Origin: an uncultured Bacteroidales bacterium
GTDB lineage: Bacteria; Bacteroidota; Bacteroidia; Bacteroidales; JAKIYJ01
Assembly (NCBI GenBank): GCA_964504265.1
Contig: CAZDEU010000002.1
Location: 22,473 to 86,472, forward strand
Length of the DNA: 64,000 bases
Direction of reading: 5' to 3'
The notes beneath the pieces are model-generated. The model was not told the DNA's origin. It saw only the letters and a program-made list of their open reading frames with translations, and did not search any database. A program made the position numbers and the translations under genes. Positions 13,594 through 23,725 of this stretch are shown piece after piece (within the stretch, counting starts at the first letter, position 1; every line of letters begins with the position of its first letter).

Positions 13594-14292
13594 ATGAAAA
13601 TAATAGCAGTAGGTGACATTCATGGTAGAACTAATTGGGAACAAATAGTTAAACAACATCCGGAATTTGATAAGTTTGTATTCATTGGCGACTATTTTGA
13701 TCCATATGATGATATACCAGCAACTAAGCAAATAGAAAACTTTAACAATATTATTGCTTTTAAAGCAGCAAATAAAGATAAAGTAATAATGCTAATTGGT
13801 AATCATGATTATCATTATATGAAAGATGTAGATGAAAATTATAGTAGATTTAATTACCATAATGCTGCTGCTATTAGTAATGAATTCACCAGACATAATG
13901 AATTATTGCAATTGTGCTGTATTATTGATAAATATTTATTTGTGCATGCAGGTGTTACTAAGTATTGGTGTTATGCAAATAATATTAATATTGATTGTAA
14001 TTTAGAATATCAACTCAATAATTTGTTTACAACTAATAAACGTGCTTTTAGATTTACGCCCGGTGAATATTTCAGTATGACTGGTGATGAAATTTGTCAA
14101 TCACCGATTTGGGTAAGACCTCAAAGCTTAATGGCTGATGCTATTGATAATTATACTCAAATTGTTGGTCATACACAAGTTAAAGAGATAAATGTGAATA
14201 ATCCTTTTTGTAATGCAATCTTTATTGATGCATTAAATTATAATCAATATTTAGTAATTGAAGATGATAATCCGAAAGTTGGTTATATTTAA
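13594..14292 (+). CDS. calcineurin-like metallophosphoesterase (Ser/Thr phosphatase family)
   Basis: Motifs VGDIHGR, FIGDYFD, GNHD and VHAG. Confidence 0.85.
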   Translation: MKIIAVGDIHGRTNWEQIVKQHPEFDKFVFIGDYFDPYDDIPATKQIENFNNIIAFKAANKDKVIMLIGNHDYHYMKDVDENYSRFNYHNAAAISNEFTRHNELLQLCCIIDKYLFVHAGVTKYWCYANNINIDCNLEYQLNNLFTTNKRAFRFTPGEYFSMTGDEICQSPIWVRPQSLMADAIDNYTQIVGHTQVKEINVNNPFCNAIFIDALNYNQYLVIEDDNPKVGYI

Positions 14293-14304
14293 GTTATGTA
14301 GACA

Positions 14305-14330
14305 AACCAGCAAATTGCTGGTTTTATTTT
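14305..14330. terminator. hairpin terminator at convergence of + and - strand blocks
   Basis: AACCAGC (14305-14311) / GCTGGTT (14317-14323) stem followed by TTATTTT. Lies between the convergent stops at 14292 and 14333. Confidence 0.65.
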
Positions 14331-14332
14331 GA

Positions 14333-15058
14333 CTAAAATTTTAGTTTTGATATTTTTTCCCAATCAATTCCTGGTGATAAGTTGTTTGGTTCACAGTGAG
14401 TGCAATAACCCGGAATACAAGAAATTAAATTACTTCCCCGTTTCCATAATTCCTGAAATTTATAATGATCAATTGGATTGGTTGTTTGGTCTAAATGTGT
14501 GAACATTTTATGAACATCAATATACTTTTTTAATGTTTTAAATTTACATGAATAAGTATCGCATGTTGATGGTGTAGTTCTCCAATGGATATTACCATCA
14601 AACAATATTGATGATTTTAAACCACGATACATTTCTGAATAATATTTATCAGGGTGATCATATAAAGTAAAGAAATCCGCATCTATAGCATTATGAGCAT
14701 GAAGCAAAACACTACTCCATCCAGGTACATGCAAGTAATCATCTTCCACAAAATATAAAATATCATCATCATTCCATTGCTGTTGTTCTGCAAACTCAAT
14801 CATTTTTAAATAACTTTTTGCACCAGTACCGCCTTGTATATTGTATATACGTGTATTTGGCCATTCAAAATCCTTCAAAAAATGTGCAGATATATCTCCA
14901 TCAAATAGTATTGATACGTCATATGTTCTGTTTTCAAGAGCAATTGTATGCATAAAATTATTGCAACAGTTTTGATATGAGAACCATTCAGGACGTTTTT
15001 TATTCACACTTTGTGGTGAATAATTACAATGTCTTTTTATTATATGTAGTTTTGCCAT
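14333..15058 (-). CDS. hypothetical protein, possible glycosyltransferase
   Basis: Acidic DxD-like motif ILYFVEDDYLH. It is the last gene of the sugar-modification cluster. Confidence 0.4.
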   Translation of the reverse strand: MAKLHIIKRHCNYSPQSVNKKRPEWFSYQNCCNNFMHTIALENRTYDVSILFDGDISAHFLKDFEWPNTRIYNIQGGTGAKSYLKMIEFAEQQQWNDDDILYFVEDDYLHVPGWSSVLLHAHNAIDADFFTLYDHPDKYYSEMYRGLKSSILFDGNIHWRTTPSTCDTYSCKFKTLKKYIDVHKMFTHLDQTTNPIDHYKFQELWKRGSNLISCIPGYCTHCEPNNLSPGIDWEKISKLKF

Positions 15059-15063
15059 AATTC

Positions 15064-15738
15064 CTAATGTATTTGCCAGTTTGTATTCAAAATATCACCA
15101 ATAACTTCAACAGTGCTTAATTTATCAATTGGTCGTTGATATATATGAACATTATGCATATCTTTTTTATATAACACTTCTATCATATAGTTTAAGCTAG
15201 TTGATACGGTGTGAATTTCACTTGCATTTTCAATAACTTTTGCCCAATCTAATAAAGTAAATCCGTTATAGTAATCAAGTTTTATTGCATTGGGGTTATG
15301 AATTGTATTTACTTTGTAATTTAATTTTGGATTAGCAAAATTGCAATTAACTAATATATATTCACTAATATCTTTCAAATTAAGCACATCATAATATAAT
15401 TTATTTTCTTTATCAATATTGCGTTTCCACTTTAATTTTTTCCATTCATTATGATCTAATTGTACTAAATTATATTTTGCTGACATTGTATATTTATGAT
15501 TTAATATACTTTGTGCATTTCTAAAAGGTATTTGGGTATATTTCCCATTACATGAAATATTCCATTTAGATAAAGGAATAAAATTAATATCAAAATAATC
15601 TTGTAACCAAAAAAATTCATCTTGTATTGGCCAGATTACACTATTTTCTTTTTGCAATTCAATTGCAATTGGAGTTAAAAATAATATATCACCAATACCA
15701 AATGGTTGATCAATTACATACTTCATATTGATATCCAA
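15064..15738 (-). CDS. hypothetical protein (GT9-like N-terminal motif?)
   Basis: FGIGDILFLTPIAIEL resembles the heptosyltransferase N-terminus, but the protein is short (224 aa). Confidence 0.3.
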   Translation of the reverse strand: MDINMKYVIDQPFGIGDILFLTPIAIELQKENSVIWPIQDEFFWLQDYFDINFIPLSKWNISCNGKYTQIPFRNAQSILNHKYTMSAKYNLVQLDHNEWKKLKWKRNIDKENKLYYDVLNLKDISEYILVNCNFANPKLNYKVNTIHNPNAIKLDYYNGFTLLDWAKVIENASEIHTVSTSLNYMIEVLYKKDMHNVHIYQRPIDKLSTVEVIGDILNTNWQIH

Positions 15739-16516
15739 AATTAGCTAATTTTTTAACTTTAATATTTTGATCAAATATATCTTGCAAATAATCTAATGTA
15801 CATTGATTAAACATTTCAGGTTGAAGTTTGTTCTTTCCATGGCCACCTGCATGATGTATAATTTTAATTATTTTATTATTAAGCTGCAACCCATTTGGTG
15901 TAACTATTATATCTTTTAAACTATCCCAATGAGTAACATTACCAGACAAGCAACTTACACCATAATAAACATTTGTATCAATTGCATCTAATATTTTACA
16001 TTTAAATTTGCCACTTGCAACAATCATATTTAATACAGTTTGTTCTTGAAAACTATATTTATTAGCACGTGCAATATTTTCATTTACCCAATCAATAATA
16101 AATTGTTTATTTGTAATAGCAGTAAATCCGGCATTGACATATAATTGAGGATTTAATCCTTCTATATCACAAATGTATGTATCTTTACCTGCTTTATTAT
16201 AATCATTGTTATTTCTAACGCATAAAACATCATAATTACTATATTCAAATAATTCAGTTAATGGTGTAGTAATAATGCAATCGGCATCAAAATGAACCAC
16301 CATATCATATTCATCAATTAATATATTTGATATAACTGGGTGTATTGTATTCCAGTTAAATTGATTATTTAATGCAAATATACTATTAATCATTTTATCA
16401 CCAAATACATAAAAAGGAATATCAGGATGAAATCTTTTAGCTGATTTTACTAATTTATCAGCACCTATGCTATAAAACCAATTATCTGAAACGTGTGTGC
16501 AAAAAGCTATTTTCAT
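15710..16516 (-). CDS. putative DxD glycosyltransferase (GT8-like), paralog 1
   Basis: FHPDIPFYVF and HFDADCII. The N-terminal half aligns with the adjacent ORF 16513-17283. Confidence 0.5.
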   Translation of the reverse strand: MKIAFCTHVSDNWFYSIGADKLVKSAKRFHPDIPFYVFGDKMINSIFALNNQFNWNTIHPVISNILIDEYDMVVHFDADCIITTPLTELFEYSNYDVLCVRNNNDYNKAGKDTYICDIEGLNPQLYVNAGFTAITNKQFIIDWVNENIARANKYSFQEQTVLNMIVASGKFKCKILDAIDTNVYYGVSCLSGNVTHWDSLKDIIVTPNGLQLNNKIIKIIHHAGGHGKNKLQPEMFNQCTLDYLQDIFDQNIKVKKLANFGYQYEVCN

Positions 16517-17283
16517 CCTAAAATTGAAGTTTCAATAAAATGAACAACATTTCCATTAAATAATTCACTTGGTGCAGGTTTATTAACACCACCTCTAGCA
16601 AAATGATATGCTTTAACTATTTTACCATCTAATTCTAAATGATCATTAACTACTTCAATTTGCTTTTCTCTACCAAGAGATGAACAACCATAATAGCATT
16701 TAAAATCAGGATTATTATATTCAAAATGGCCGTCTAATACTTTAAGCTTATATGGCAGCATATGGCACAATATATTTAATACATCATTTTCTTTATTGCC
16801 AAATATATCTGAATATTTTAAGCTAGCATATTCATATTGATTCCAAAATAATTTAGATGTACTAGCAATTAAGCCACCTTGTATATATTTTTCATATGGA
16901 ATAAATGTATTACTTGAAAATGTTCCACAAGTATTTGCAAATGTATTAGTTCCTAATGCTGAATTTAACCAAACGTTGTAATTTGATGGAATTGCAACAT
17001 CATAATCACCTTCAAGTATTTCTGTTAATGGTGCTAATATCAAATGATCTGCATCAATATTAACAACTAATTCATAATCATTATATAATAACTTAGCAAA
17101 TGATGCTTTTGAATTATAAAAATTTAATCTATTATCGGTTGCAAATAGATCGTTTATTTCTTTTTGCTTAAACACTACTAAATCTATATCAGGATGAAAA
17201 TGTTTAAAACTTTTGATAAAATCATCAGTTCTGCATCCCTTGTAGTGGGAATCTCCTATTATTGTATAAAAACATGTTTTCAT
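16513..17283 (-). CDS. putative DxD glycosyltransferase (GT8-like), paralog 2
   Basis: FHPDIDLVVF and NIDADHLI. Tandem paralog of 15710-16516. Confidence 0.5.
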   Translation of the reverse strand: MKTCFYTIIGDSHYKGCRTDDFIKSFKHFHPDIDLVVFKQKEINDLFATDNRLNFYNSKASFAKLLYNDYELVVNIDADHLILAPLTEILEGDYDVAIPSNYNVWLNSALGTNTFANTCGTFSSNTFIPYEKYIQGGLIASTSKLFWNQYEYASLKYSDIFGNKENDVLNILCHMLPYKLKVLDGHFEYNNPDFKCYYGCSSLGREKQIEVVNDHLELDGKIVKAYHFARGGVNKPAPSELFNGNVVHFIETSILG

Positions 17284-17284
17284 T

Positions 17285-17992
17285 TTAATTTATTTTAATT
17301 GTACAAAACATTCCATCTGCATTAAAATATTCAACATTATAGCCATATTTACGAAATAATGATGAATAAAGGTCTCTATATATATCAAAAGTAGTATCAT
17401 TTATTTCATGTACTTCTATTAATATTTTACAAACATGTTTGCTTAAAAATTCTATTGTTTTTTCAATTAAAACAGTTAGTTCAGAACCTTCTATATCCAT
17501 TTTTAAAAAATCAATTTTAGATAAATTAAATTTTAACATAATATCCGGAATTGTTATTGAATTAACTGTAATTTTATTAGAACCATGCCCACATTGCAAT
17601 GAATTCGTTGTTGTGTTTGATGAATATTCATAAAAATCAATAATGCCAGTTTTATTTGCTACTGCAGCTTGTAATCTTATTACATTATTAAACTTTCCAG
17701 TAATTTGTTCATTTAAAGTAAAATGATGTGGGGTTGGTTCAACTGTTATAATTTTATCAGCCCATGGAGTTACGTGTAAAGCAAATAATCCAATATTACC
17801 ACCCAAATCTAAAATAATTTTATCATCTTTCGAAATATAATTAGCATAATAATTAAGGTCATTAAATTGGTGTAATATTTCTTGTGTACAATTTTTAATA
17901 TCATTAAAATGATCAATTAATTCTGGTGTATTTAATTCAATAATATAATCAGTTCCATCAATTAATTTCTCTATTACTTTATCATCATTCAT
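17285..17992 (-). CDS. SAM-dependent methyltransferase (FkbM-like)
   Basis: ILDLGGNIGLFALH (SAM motif I) and LKMDIEGSE, which is typical of the FkbM family. Confidence 0.7.
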   Translation of the reverse strand: MNDDKVIEKLIDGTDYIIELNTPELIDHFNDIKNCTQEILHQFNDLNYYANYISKDDKIILDLGGNIGLFALHVTPWADKIITVEPTPHHFTLNEQITGKFNNVIRLQAAVANKTGIIDFYEYSSNTTTNSLQCGHGSNKITVNSITIPDIMLKFNLSKIDFLKMDIEGSELTVLIEKTIEFLSKHVCKILIEVHEINDTTFDIYRDLYSSLFRKYGYNVEYFNADGMFCTIKIN

Positions 17993-18456
17993 CTCGTTAA
18001 GTTTAAATAAGTTGGTAGTCCATTGTATAAGAAAGCATTAAATTTTGCAGTCAAATCTTCATTGTCGACTGGGTATATGCTTAATATGTTCTTAAAATTA
18101 TAATATGATTGATCTTCATAATGTGAATAACCATCATGCTTATAATCATCACCGCGACCTCCGCCAAGTAATTTAATTGGTATATTTTCATGGTCAACAT
18201 ACGTCCTTAGCAATTCAAATGGTCTTAATATTAAAAAAGGAGATATACTATAAGCAATTGGAATCTTTCCTGAATCTGCTAATCCTATAGCCATTCCAAT
18301 CATTAATTGCTCTGCTGCACCTACATTAATAAAATTATTAGGAAAATCTTTTTTAATATCATCCCACATTTTATACCCTAAATCAGCTGTAATTACAATA
18401 ATATTATTATCTTTTTCAATAGCATTATATAGCAATTGTTTTGCTAATTTCCTCAT
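17989..18456 (-). CDS. transketolase-family protein, C-terminal (pyrimidine-binding) subunit
   Basis: ITADLGYKMW..FINVGAAEQLMIGMAIGLA..GKIP. Confidence 0.75.
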   Translation of the reverse strand: MRKLAKQLLYNAIEKDNNIIVITADLGYKMWDDIKKDFPNNFINVGAAEQLMIGMAIGLADSGKIPIAYSISPFLILRPFELLRTYVDHENIPIKLLGGGRGDDYKHDGYSHYEDQSYYNFKNILSIYPVDNEDLTAKFNAFLYNGLPTYLNLTR

Positions 18457-19114
18457 ATTCAGAATTATTTAATATTTTATAATGAGCATCAATACATTTG
18501 CCATTTAAATTGATTGATTTTAATATTGGATGATTCATATCAAATCTATGTATATTAATAGTTGGTAAAAATGCACGTAATCTTTTTGCTAATACATCAT
18601 AATCAATATATCTATATGCTGAAGTACCATTATAATTGACATGTATTTCAATATTATTAATTTTGTTATCACTAATAAATTGTAATGATTCCCAAACTAT
18701 TCCTTCACTACATTCACCATCTGAAATAATACAATATACTTTTCTATATTTATCAGCAACAGCAAAACCAGTTGCAATAGCAATACCACAACCAAGACTG
18801 CCGGTTGATGCATCTATATAAAAGCTTTTAGTTGGATGTATGCCATTTTCTAAATAATGAAATTCAGCATTATAATATGGTTTGCAAAAATATTCTAATA
18901 CAACATATAATGCTAAGCCAGCATGACCATTTGATAATACAAATTTATCTTTCTTTAAATCAATTTTTTTATAAATATTATATATGATTGGTAATGAAGA
19001 TATGCAGCTATTTAAATGAGATAAATTATGTTTATAACTTATATCAATTATGCGTTTTTCTAACTGTTTAATTATTTTTTTGTCGTTGAATTTGAATGTA
19101 TTTTTTAATTCCAT
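18425..19114 (-). CDS. transketolase-family protein, N-terminal (TPP-binding) subunit
   Basis: SNGHAGLALYVVLE, TGSLGCGIAIATGFA and ISDGECSEG. Confidence 0.8.
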   Translation of the reverse strand: MELKNTFKFNDKKIIKQLEKRIIDISYKHNLSHLNSCISSLPIIYNIYKKIDLKKDKFVLSNGHAGLALYVVLEYFCKPYYNAEFHYLENGIHPTKSFYIDASTGSLGCGIAIATGFAVADKYRKVYCIISDGECSEGIVWESLQFISDNKINNIEIHVNYNGTSAYRYIDYDVLAKRLRAFLPTINIHRFDMNHPILKSINLNGKCIDAHYKILNNSEYEEISKTIAI

Positions 19115-19931
19115 TTTTTAAATGAGTGCTAAATTGAAAATCATAACAGGAAATAGCATAATCCATATCAGCAACCCAATTGTTATTATCAAATACTCTT
19201 AATTGTTTTGCTTTCTTATATTGTAAATTATAATTGTATATTTCTTTAAAAATATCAAACACTTCATAATTTGAAGTTTTAATACCGGTTCCAAAATTAA
19301 CAATATCGCCGGCAGCCTTTGTGCGATTACTAAACATTATATTAATTATATTTGTAACTACATCATCAATATAAATAAAATCATGTGTACCTTCTGATAT
19401 GCTAGGTTCTATATTATTTTCAAAACAATTATATAATGTAGGAATAAATCTGTGTGCAGGTTCATGATTACCATAAACTGAAAATGGACGTATTGTTACA
19501 ATTGGTTTTTTAAATGCAGTTGAATAATCTTTGCAAAGTAATGTTGCTGTATGTTTTGTTACTTCATACATTGTCCTTGGTTTGCAAATTGACGTTTCTT
19601 TCATTGGTTCTGTTTGATAACCATATTCTGAAGAAGATCCAATATTTACAAATAATTTATAATTAACATTTCTTGAAGCTTCAAGCAATTTATATGTGAA
19701 TTCAACATTTGATTTAAACATTTTATGTTCATCATATATTTCAGCAGCGCAGTGAATAATATAATCAGGTTTAAATAAATCAAAATATGACATATTTGAT
19801 GCATCACTATGATTATTAAAATCATATTGCCTTGATATATTGCCAATTACAGCGTCAGGGTCAATTAATTTAATTCTTTCAATTAAATTTTTGCCAATAA
19901 AGCCGGTACCGCCAGTTATAACGTATCTCAT
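19068..19931 (-). CDS. NAD-dependent sugar epimerase/dehydratase (extended SDR)
   Basis: VITGGTGFIGKNL Rossmann motif and a YxxxK-type YEVTK. Confidence 0.85.
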   Translation of the reverse strand: MRYVITGGTGFIGKNLIERIKLIDPDAVIGNISRQYDFNNHSDASNMSYFDLFKPDYIIHCAAEIYDEHKMFKSNVEFTYKLLEASRNVNYKLFVNIGSSSEYGYQTEPMKETSICKPRTMYEVTKHTATLLCKDYSTAFKKPIVTIRPFSVYGNHEPAHRFIPTLYNCFENNIEPSISEGTHDFIYIDDVVTNIINIMFSNRTKAAGDIVNFGTGIKTSNYEVFDIFKEIYNYNLQYKKAKQLRVFDNNNWVADMDYAISCYDFQFSTHLKNGIKKYIQIQRQKNN

Positions 19932-20431
19932 TGTTTTTCTCCTACAACCATGAATGAATTATTTAAATCAACTCCACTTGCAAATATATTAACATAACCA
20001 CGTTGTTGCATGTAATCTGTTATAATTTGTGGAGTAAATATATGCAAATGTTTTGTATTGTTCCAAGGACGCCAATATTCTTGGCTGTAATCAGGTAAAT
20101 ATAAAAATAATATTCCACCAGATTTTAGATTTTGCCACCAATAGTCCATAACATCAACCCAACTATTTCCATCCAGGTGTTCCAAGCAGTGACTGCTATA
20201 TATATAATCTAATCCTCCAATTTTATGTGGAATATTCATTGCATGCCATTCGTTACCAAACTCAATATCAATTGGAAATGCACCAGGAAATGCCCAATCC
20301 TTTTTCTTGCAACCAATATCTGCCCCATATCCTTTACAAAAATGTTTTGCATATGGAATAGCAAATTGACTTGCATTTCCTTCTGCTTGAAAATGTGGAT
20401 AATTTTTTCCTTTATAATTAATTAACTCCAT
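19928..20431 (-). CDS. class I SAM-dependent methyltransferase
   Basis: GADIGCKK and SSHCLEHL motifs, with a GGILFLYLP post-I region. Confidence 0.6.
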   Translation of the reverse strand: MELINYKGKNYPHFQAEGNASQFAIPYAKHFCKGYGADIGCKKKDWAFPGAFPIDIEFGNEWHAMNIPHKIGGLDYIYSSHCLEHLDGNSWVDVMDYWWQNLKSGGILFLYLPDYSQEYWRPWNNTKHLHIFTPQIITDYMQQRGYVNIFASGVDLNNSFMVVGEKQ

Positions 20432-20826
20432 TATTTATTAAAATGTGAAAGTTCATGTTCAATATTACGATTTAATGCAGCATCTTCAGTAAATTTAGCA
20501 GGATATCTTTTTTGTAGTTTTTCAATATTTCCTTCCATTATATCATTTAATGTTGTTTGCAATACATTAACTGCTACTGCTATATACCACATTACATCAC
20601 CAGTTTCTTCTTTTATATTGATAATATCAATTGGTTTGCCATAAAAAATATGCTTTTTTAATTGGTCAACAAATTCACCACTTTCTGTTGCTAATCCCAT
20701 TGCTGCATGTAATAATCTTACTGTTTCAGGATTTTGTAACCTTTGCATGATAATATTCATATCAGCTGATTCAGTGATTCTTGCTAAATTAGCATAATTT
20801 TCTGATGTAACTTTAGATTGTTTCAT
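20431..20826 (-). CDS. mazG: MazG-like nucleoside triphosphate pyrophosphohydrolase
   Basis: GLATESGEF and EETGDVMWYIAVA (EExxD metal motif). Confidence 0.8.
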   Translation of the reverse strand: MKQSKVTSENYANLARITESADMNIIMQRLQNPETVRLLHAAMGLATESGEFVDQLKKHIFYGKPIDIINIKEETGDVMWYIAVAVNVLQTTLNDIMEGNIEKLQKRYPAKFTEDAALNRNIEHELSHFNK

Positions 20827-21445
20827 AAAAACTGTTTTGTTTGCGTTGTCTAATAATATCTTTTGTATGATTTAAATAAAATAAAGGATTATTTTGATCA
20901 AATCTTGTAATTGAATTAAATCCAGCTACATGTTCATGTATAACACCTTCCCATTTTATTTCTTTTTTATTTTTGTATAAACGATATTGATAATCTGGAA
21001 AATTTACATAGCCATTAACATCAACAATCCAATTCCACTTCTTAATATCCGCAGGTGTTATACCGTTAACGATATTAATTCTTGGAATTCCAAATACTTC
21101 AATATTATTATTTGCTTCAAGTATTTGTTTAATATTTGCAAATAGATTAACATCATCAATTAATTCATCAGCATCAATATGAAATATATAATCACCAGAA
21201 CATAGTTTAGATGCATAATTCCTTTGGTTAGCAAAATCTTTATTAAGTGGATTACAATCTATTATAATATTTTCAAATCCATCAACTAATTTTTTTAAAT
21301 CATAATATGCAGAATCAAATTCTAAACCATCATATAAAATTATTATTTCATCATTAATATCCTTATAATCTTTCAGTTGACGAAGTAATCCAGTTAATTC
21401 TTTGTAATCATTTTGATTATATAATATAACATAACTTATTTTCAT
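20813..21445 (-). CDS. family 2 glycosyltransferase
   Basis: ISYVILYNQND N-terminus and HIDADE DxD motif. Confidence 0.7.
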   Translation of the reverse strand: MKISYVILYNQNDYKELTGLLRQLKDYKDINDEIIILYDGLEFDSAYYDLKKLVDGFENIIIDCNPLNKDFANQRNYASKLCSGDYIFHIDADELIDDVNLFANIKQILEANNNIEVFGIPRINIVNGITPADIKKWNWIVDVNGYVNFPDYQYRLYKNKKEIKWEGVIHEHVAGFNSITRFDQNNPLFYLNHTKDIIRQRKQNSFYETI

Positions 21446-22014
21446 TATTCGTTTTCGTTTTTATTTGGTCTGATATAACGTGATACAATTTTCTTTTTAT
21501 CATCAACTTGAGCATTTACTGATTTAGACATTTGTTTATTATAGGAATCTTGCAATATATCTTTCTTATCAGTAAATTTATAATCTAATGCACGAATCAT
21601 TTTGATATTCATCGTGTTGAATGTCCTATAAGTATTATCAAAAGATGTATTCAATCGTTTTTTTAACTCAGTTAAGTAAAACTTTTTTGAATCTTTTTTA
21701 TCCATTATAAGTTTCTCAATTGCTACTTTTCTGATAGTTTTCATATGTATAGAATACTCTAATCCAATATCATCAACAAACCTATCAAAATACATTGGAT
21801 TCATATATTCTAATGTCAATGCATGCATTAATTTATGCGGAAACGGCCCAAATCCTGGGTGAAGAATTACAACATAATAATATTTGAAAGTTCTTGAATC
21901 AAGTGGTTTATAATATAATTCGCATAGCAACCCACTTTCTAAAAAAGTTCTTGGAATTGTATATTTTCCTAAGATTCGCGTTTTATAATGCGAAGTATAA
22001 ATTAATTCACCCAT
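21445..22014 (-). CDS. hypothetical protein (189 aa)
   Basis: ORF with start/stop coupling to its neighbours. Confidence 0.6.
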   Translation of the reverse strand: MGELIYTSHYKTRILGKYTIPRTFLESGLLCELYYKPLDSRTFKYYYVVILHPGFGPFPHKLMHALTLEYMNPMYFDRFVDDIGLEYSIHMKTIRKVAIEKLIMDKKDSKKFYLTELKKRLNTSFDNTYRTFNTMNIKMIRALDYKFTDKKDILQDSYNKQMSKSVNAQVDDKKKIVSRYIRPNKNENE

Positions 22015-22445
22015 TACTCAATCATATATGATTCAAATAATCTTAAAGCATCTTCAAATTCATTCCATTTAAATGCAATTGCAGTTTCAACGTCGAGTCT
22101 TGTTTCATAATACTCATCAATTTTTCCTGGAATTGGATATTTAATTCTTTCTAATAATGGAATTGCTGCTATTTTTGCTACATGCCATCCATAAGGATGT
22201 AATTCATTTTCGGTACTGAACATTGAATATATTGCACCAACCCTTTCTAAATATAATGAAGTTGGAATCCATATATAACCATCATTATCAACGACATGTA
22301 TATCTCTTATAAACAATGGTGATTGATTAAATAGTTGTTCAGCTTCCGGCGTATTTACTAGGGCTTTAGATTTTAAAAATCCACACTTCATGCAAACTGG
22401 GTAGTCTTTATTTATTATATCGTTTGAACATTTTTCACATTTCAT
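22014..22445 (-). CDS. hypothetical protein with N-terminal zinc ribbon (143 aa)
   Basis: MKCEKCSN...CMKCG. Confidence 0.6.
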   Translation of the reverse strand: MKCEKCSNDIINKDYPVCMKCGFLKSKALVNTPEAEQLFNQSPLFIRDIHVVDNDGYIWIPTSLYLERVGAIYSMFSTENELHPYGWHVAKIAAIPLLERIKYPIPGKIDEYYETRLDVETAIAFKWNEFEDALRLFESYMIE

Positions 22446-23725
22446 TTTTCTATTTTTTTAAGGGTTGGCAAATTTAATTCTAAATATTCTGGTTTCTTTG
22501 GAATATATTTATTTAAAATATCTAAGAATTTTTCATCCATAGCAACTGTTGAATAATTTTTAATAACGTTATTTCTTTGTATTTTAGCATTATTTAAATA
22601 CTTTTGATAATTATCATATACTGCACGAATTTTATGGCCTGCAGCCACATAATCAACAGTAAACCAACTACTTTCTGGTAATATAAATCCTTTCCATACA
22701 GCACTCTCATGAACTTTTTTAACTACTCCATTCAATGGAATAAATCCGGGTGTTACAAGAAATTCTAATTGACCACTCCAATTGCTACATAAAATAGGTT
22801 TGCCAGTTACGCTAAACTCAGCAAGAGGTCTACAGTACCCTTCGCCTTTTGTAAACGATATAAGAGCTTTAACTTTTTGATGATTGTAAAGCTGGTTCAT
22901 TTCCGCATCAGTTAAATTCCCATGCAATAAATACACATCAGGTAAATCATTTTCAATATCAGGATTTTCTTTTATTACTTCTTTTTTTATTTGTGAAATT
23001 TTGTTAAGCATGTTTGTTTCGTCCTGCGGACTAAAATTGGCTCCTGATGTTTTTAAAATTAATCCAGGTTTATGATTATTTATATATGCTGCAGTTTGCA
23101 TGAAAACTTTAATGGCCATTCCAATGTCCTTTCTATCTTCACCAGTAATTCCGCTAAGCCAGTGGCCGCATACAAGATAATTAAAATCTGGTAAGTCTTT
23201 AAAATAATTATCTATTTTTGATATATCTTTTGTTTTAAAATATGTTGTAAGATCCACCCCCTCAAAAAGTACGACGATTGGAACCTCTATTTTAATAACA
23301 TTTTTATTTTGTTTGTTTTGCCATTGTGAATTTTCAAATACTTGTTTAGTAAACTTGCTGGGTGTCAAGATTAGATTCATTCGATTACACCCTTCAATAA
23401 ATTCAGCACTCGCAATTGTCGTTTCTATACCAGCTGTAATGCCAATATTATAATTTCCAATTGGTTGAAATTCATTTGGAACTGATATTTGAATAAATAC
23501 ATCCGGTTTTCTAGGAATTTGGCCATTTTTATTAATTAATATTTTAATTGATTCCTCTAATGGATAGTCCATGGGGCATTCTCCCCAACGCGTTGATGCT
23601 ATATGATATTCCCATTCAGGATATATTTTTAATAATGATCTAACTATATCTCTTGAATGTTGACCATACCCAGATACTGTTTCAACTGGTGCTTGTATCA
23701 AACAAAGTGTTTTATCGTCTAGCAT
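22442..23725 (-). CDS. putative GT-B fold glycosyltransferase
   Basis: Its size, position next to the GT1 enzyme, and the C-terminal FTKGEGYCRPLAEFSVTGKPIL resemble the GT1/GT4 E-x7-E region. Confidence 0.5.
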   Translation of the reverse strand: MLDDKTLCLIQAPVETVSGYGQHSRDIVRSLLKIYPEWEYHIASTRWGECPMDYPLEESIKILINKNGQIPRKPDVFIQISVPNEFQPIGNYNIGITAGIETTIASAEFIEGCNRMNLILTPSKFTKQVFENSQWQNKQNKNVIKIEVPIVVLFEGVDLTTYFKTKDISKIDNYFKDLPDFNYLVCGHWLSGITGEDRKDIGMAIKVFMQTAAYINNHKPGLILKTSGANFSPQDETNMLNKISQIKKEVIKENPDIENDLPDVYLLHGNLTDAEMNQLYNHQKVKALISFTKGEGYCRPLAEFSVTGKPILCSNWSGQLEFLVTPGFIPLNGVVKKVHESAVWKGFILPESSWFTVDYVAAGHKIRAVYDNYQKYLNNAKIQRNNVIKNYSTVAMDEKFLDILNKYIPKKPEYLELNLPTLKKIEK

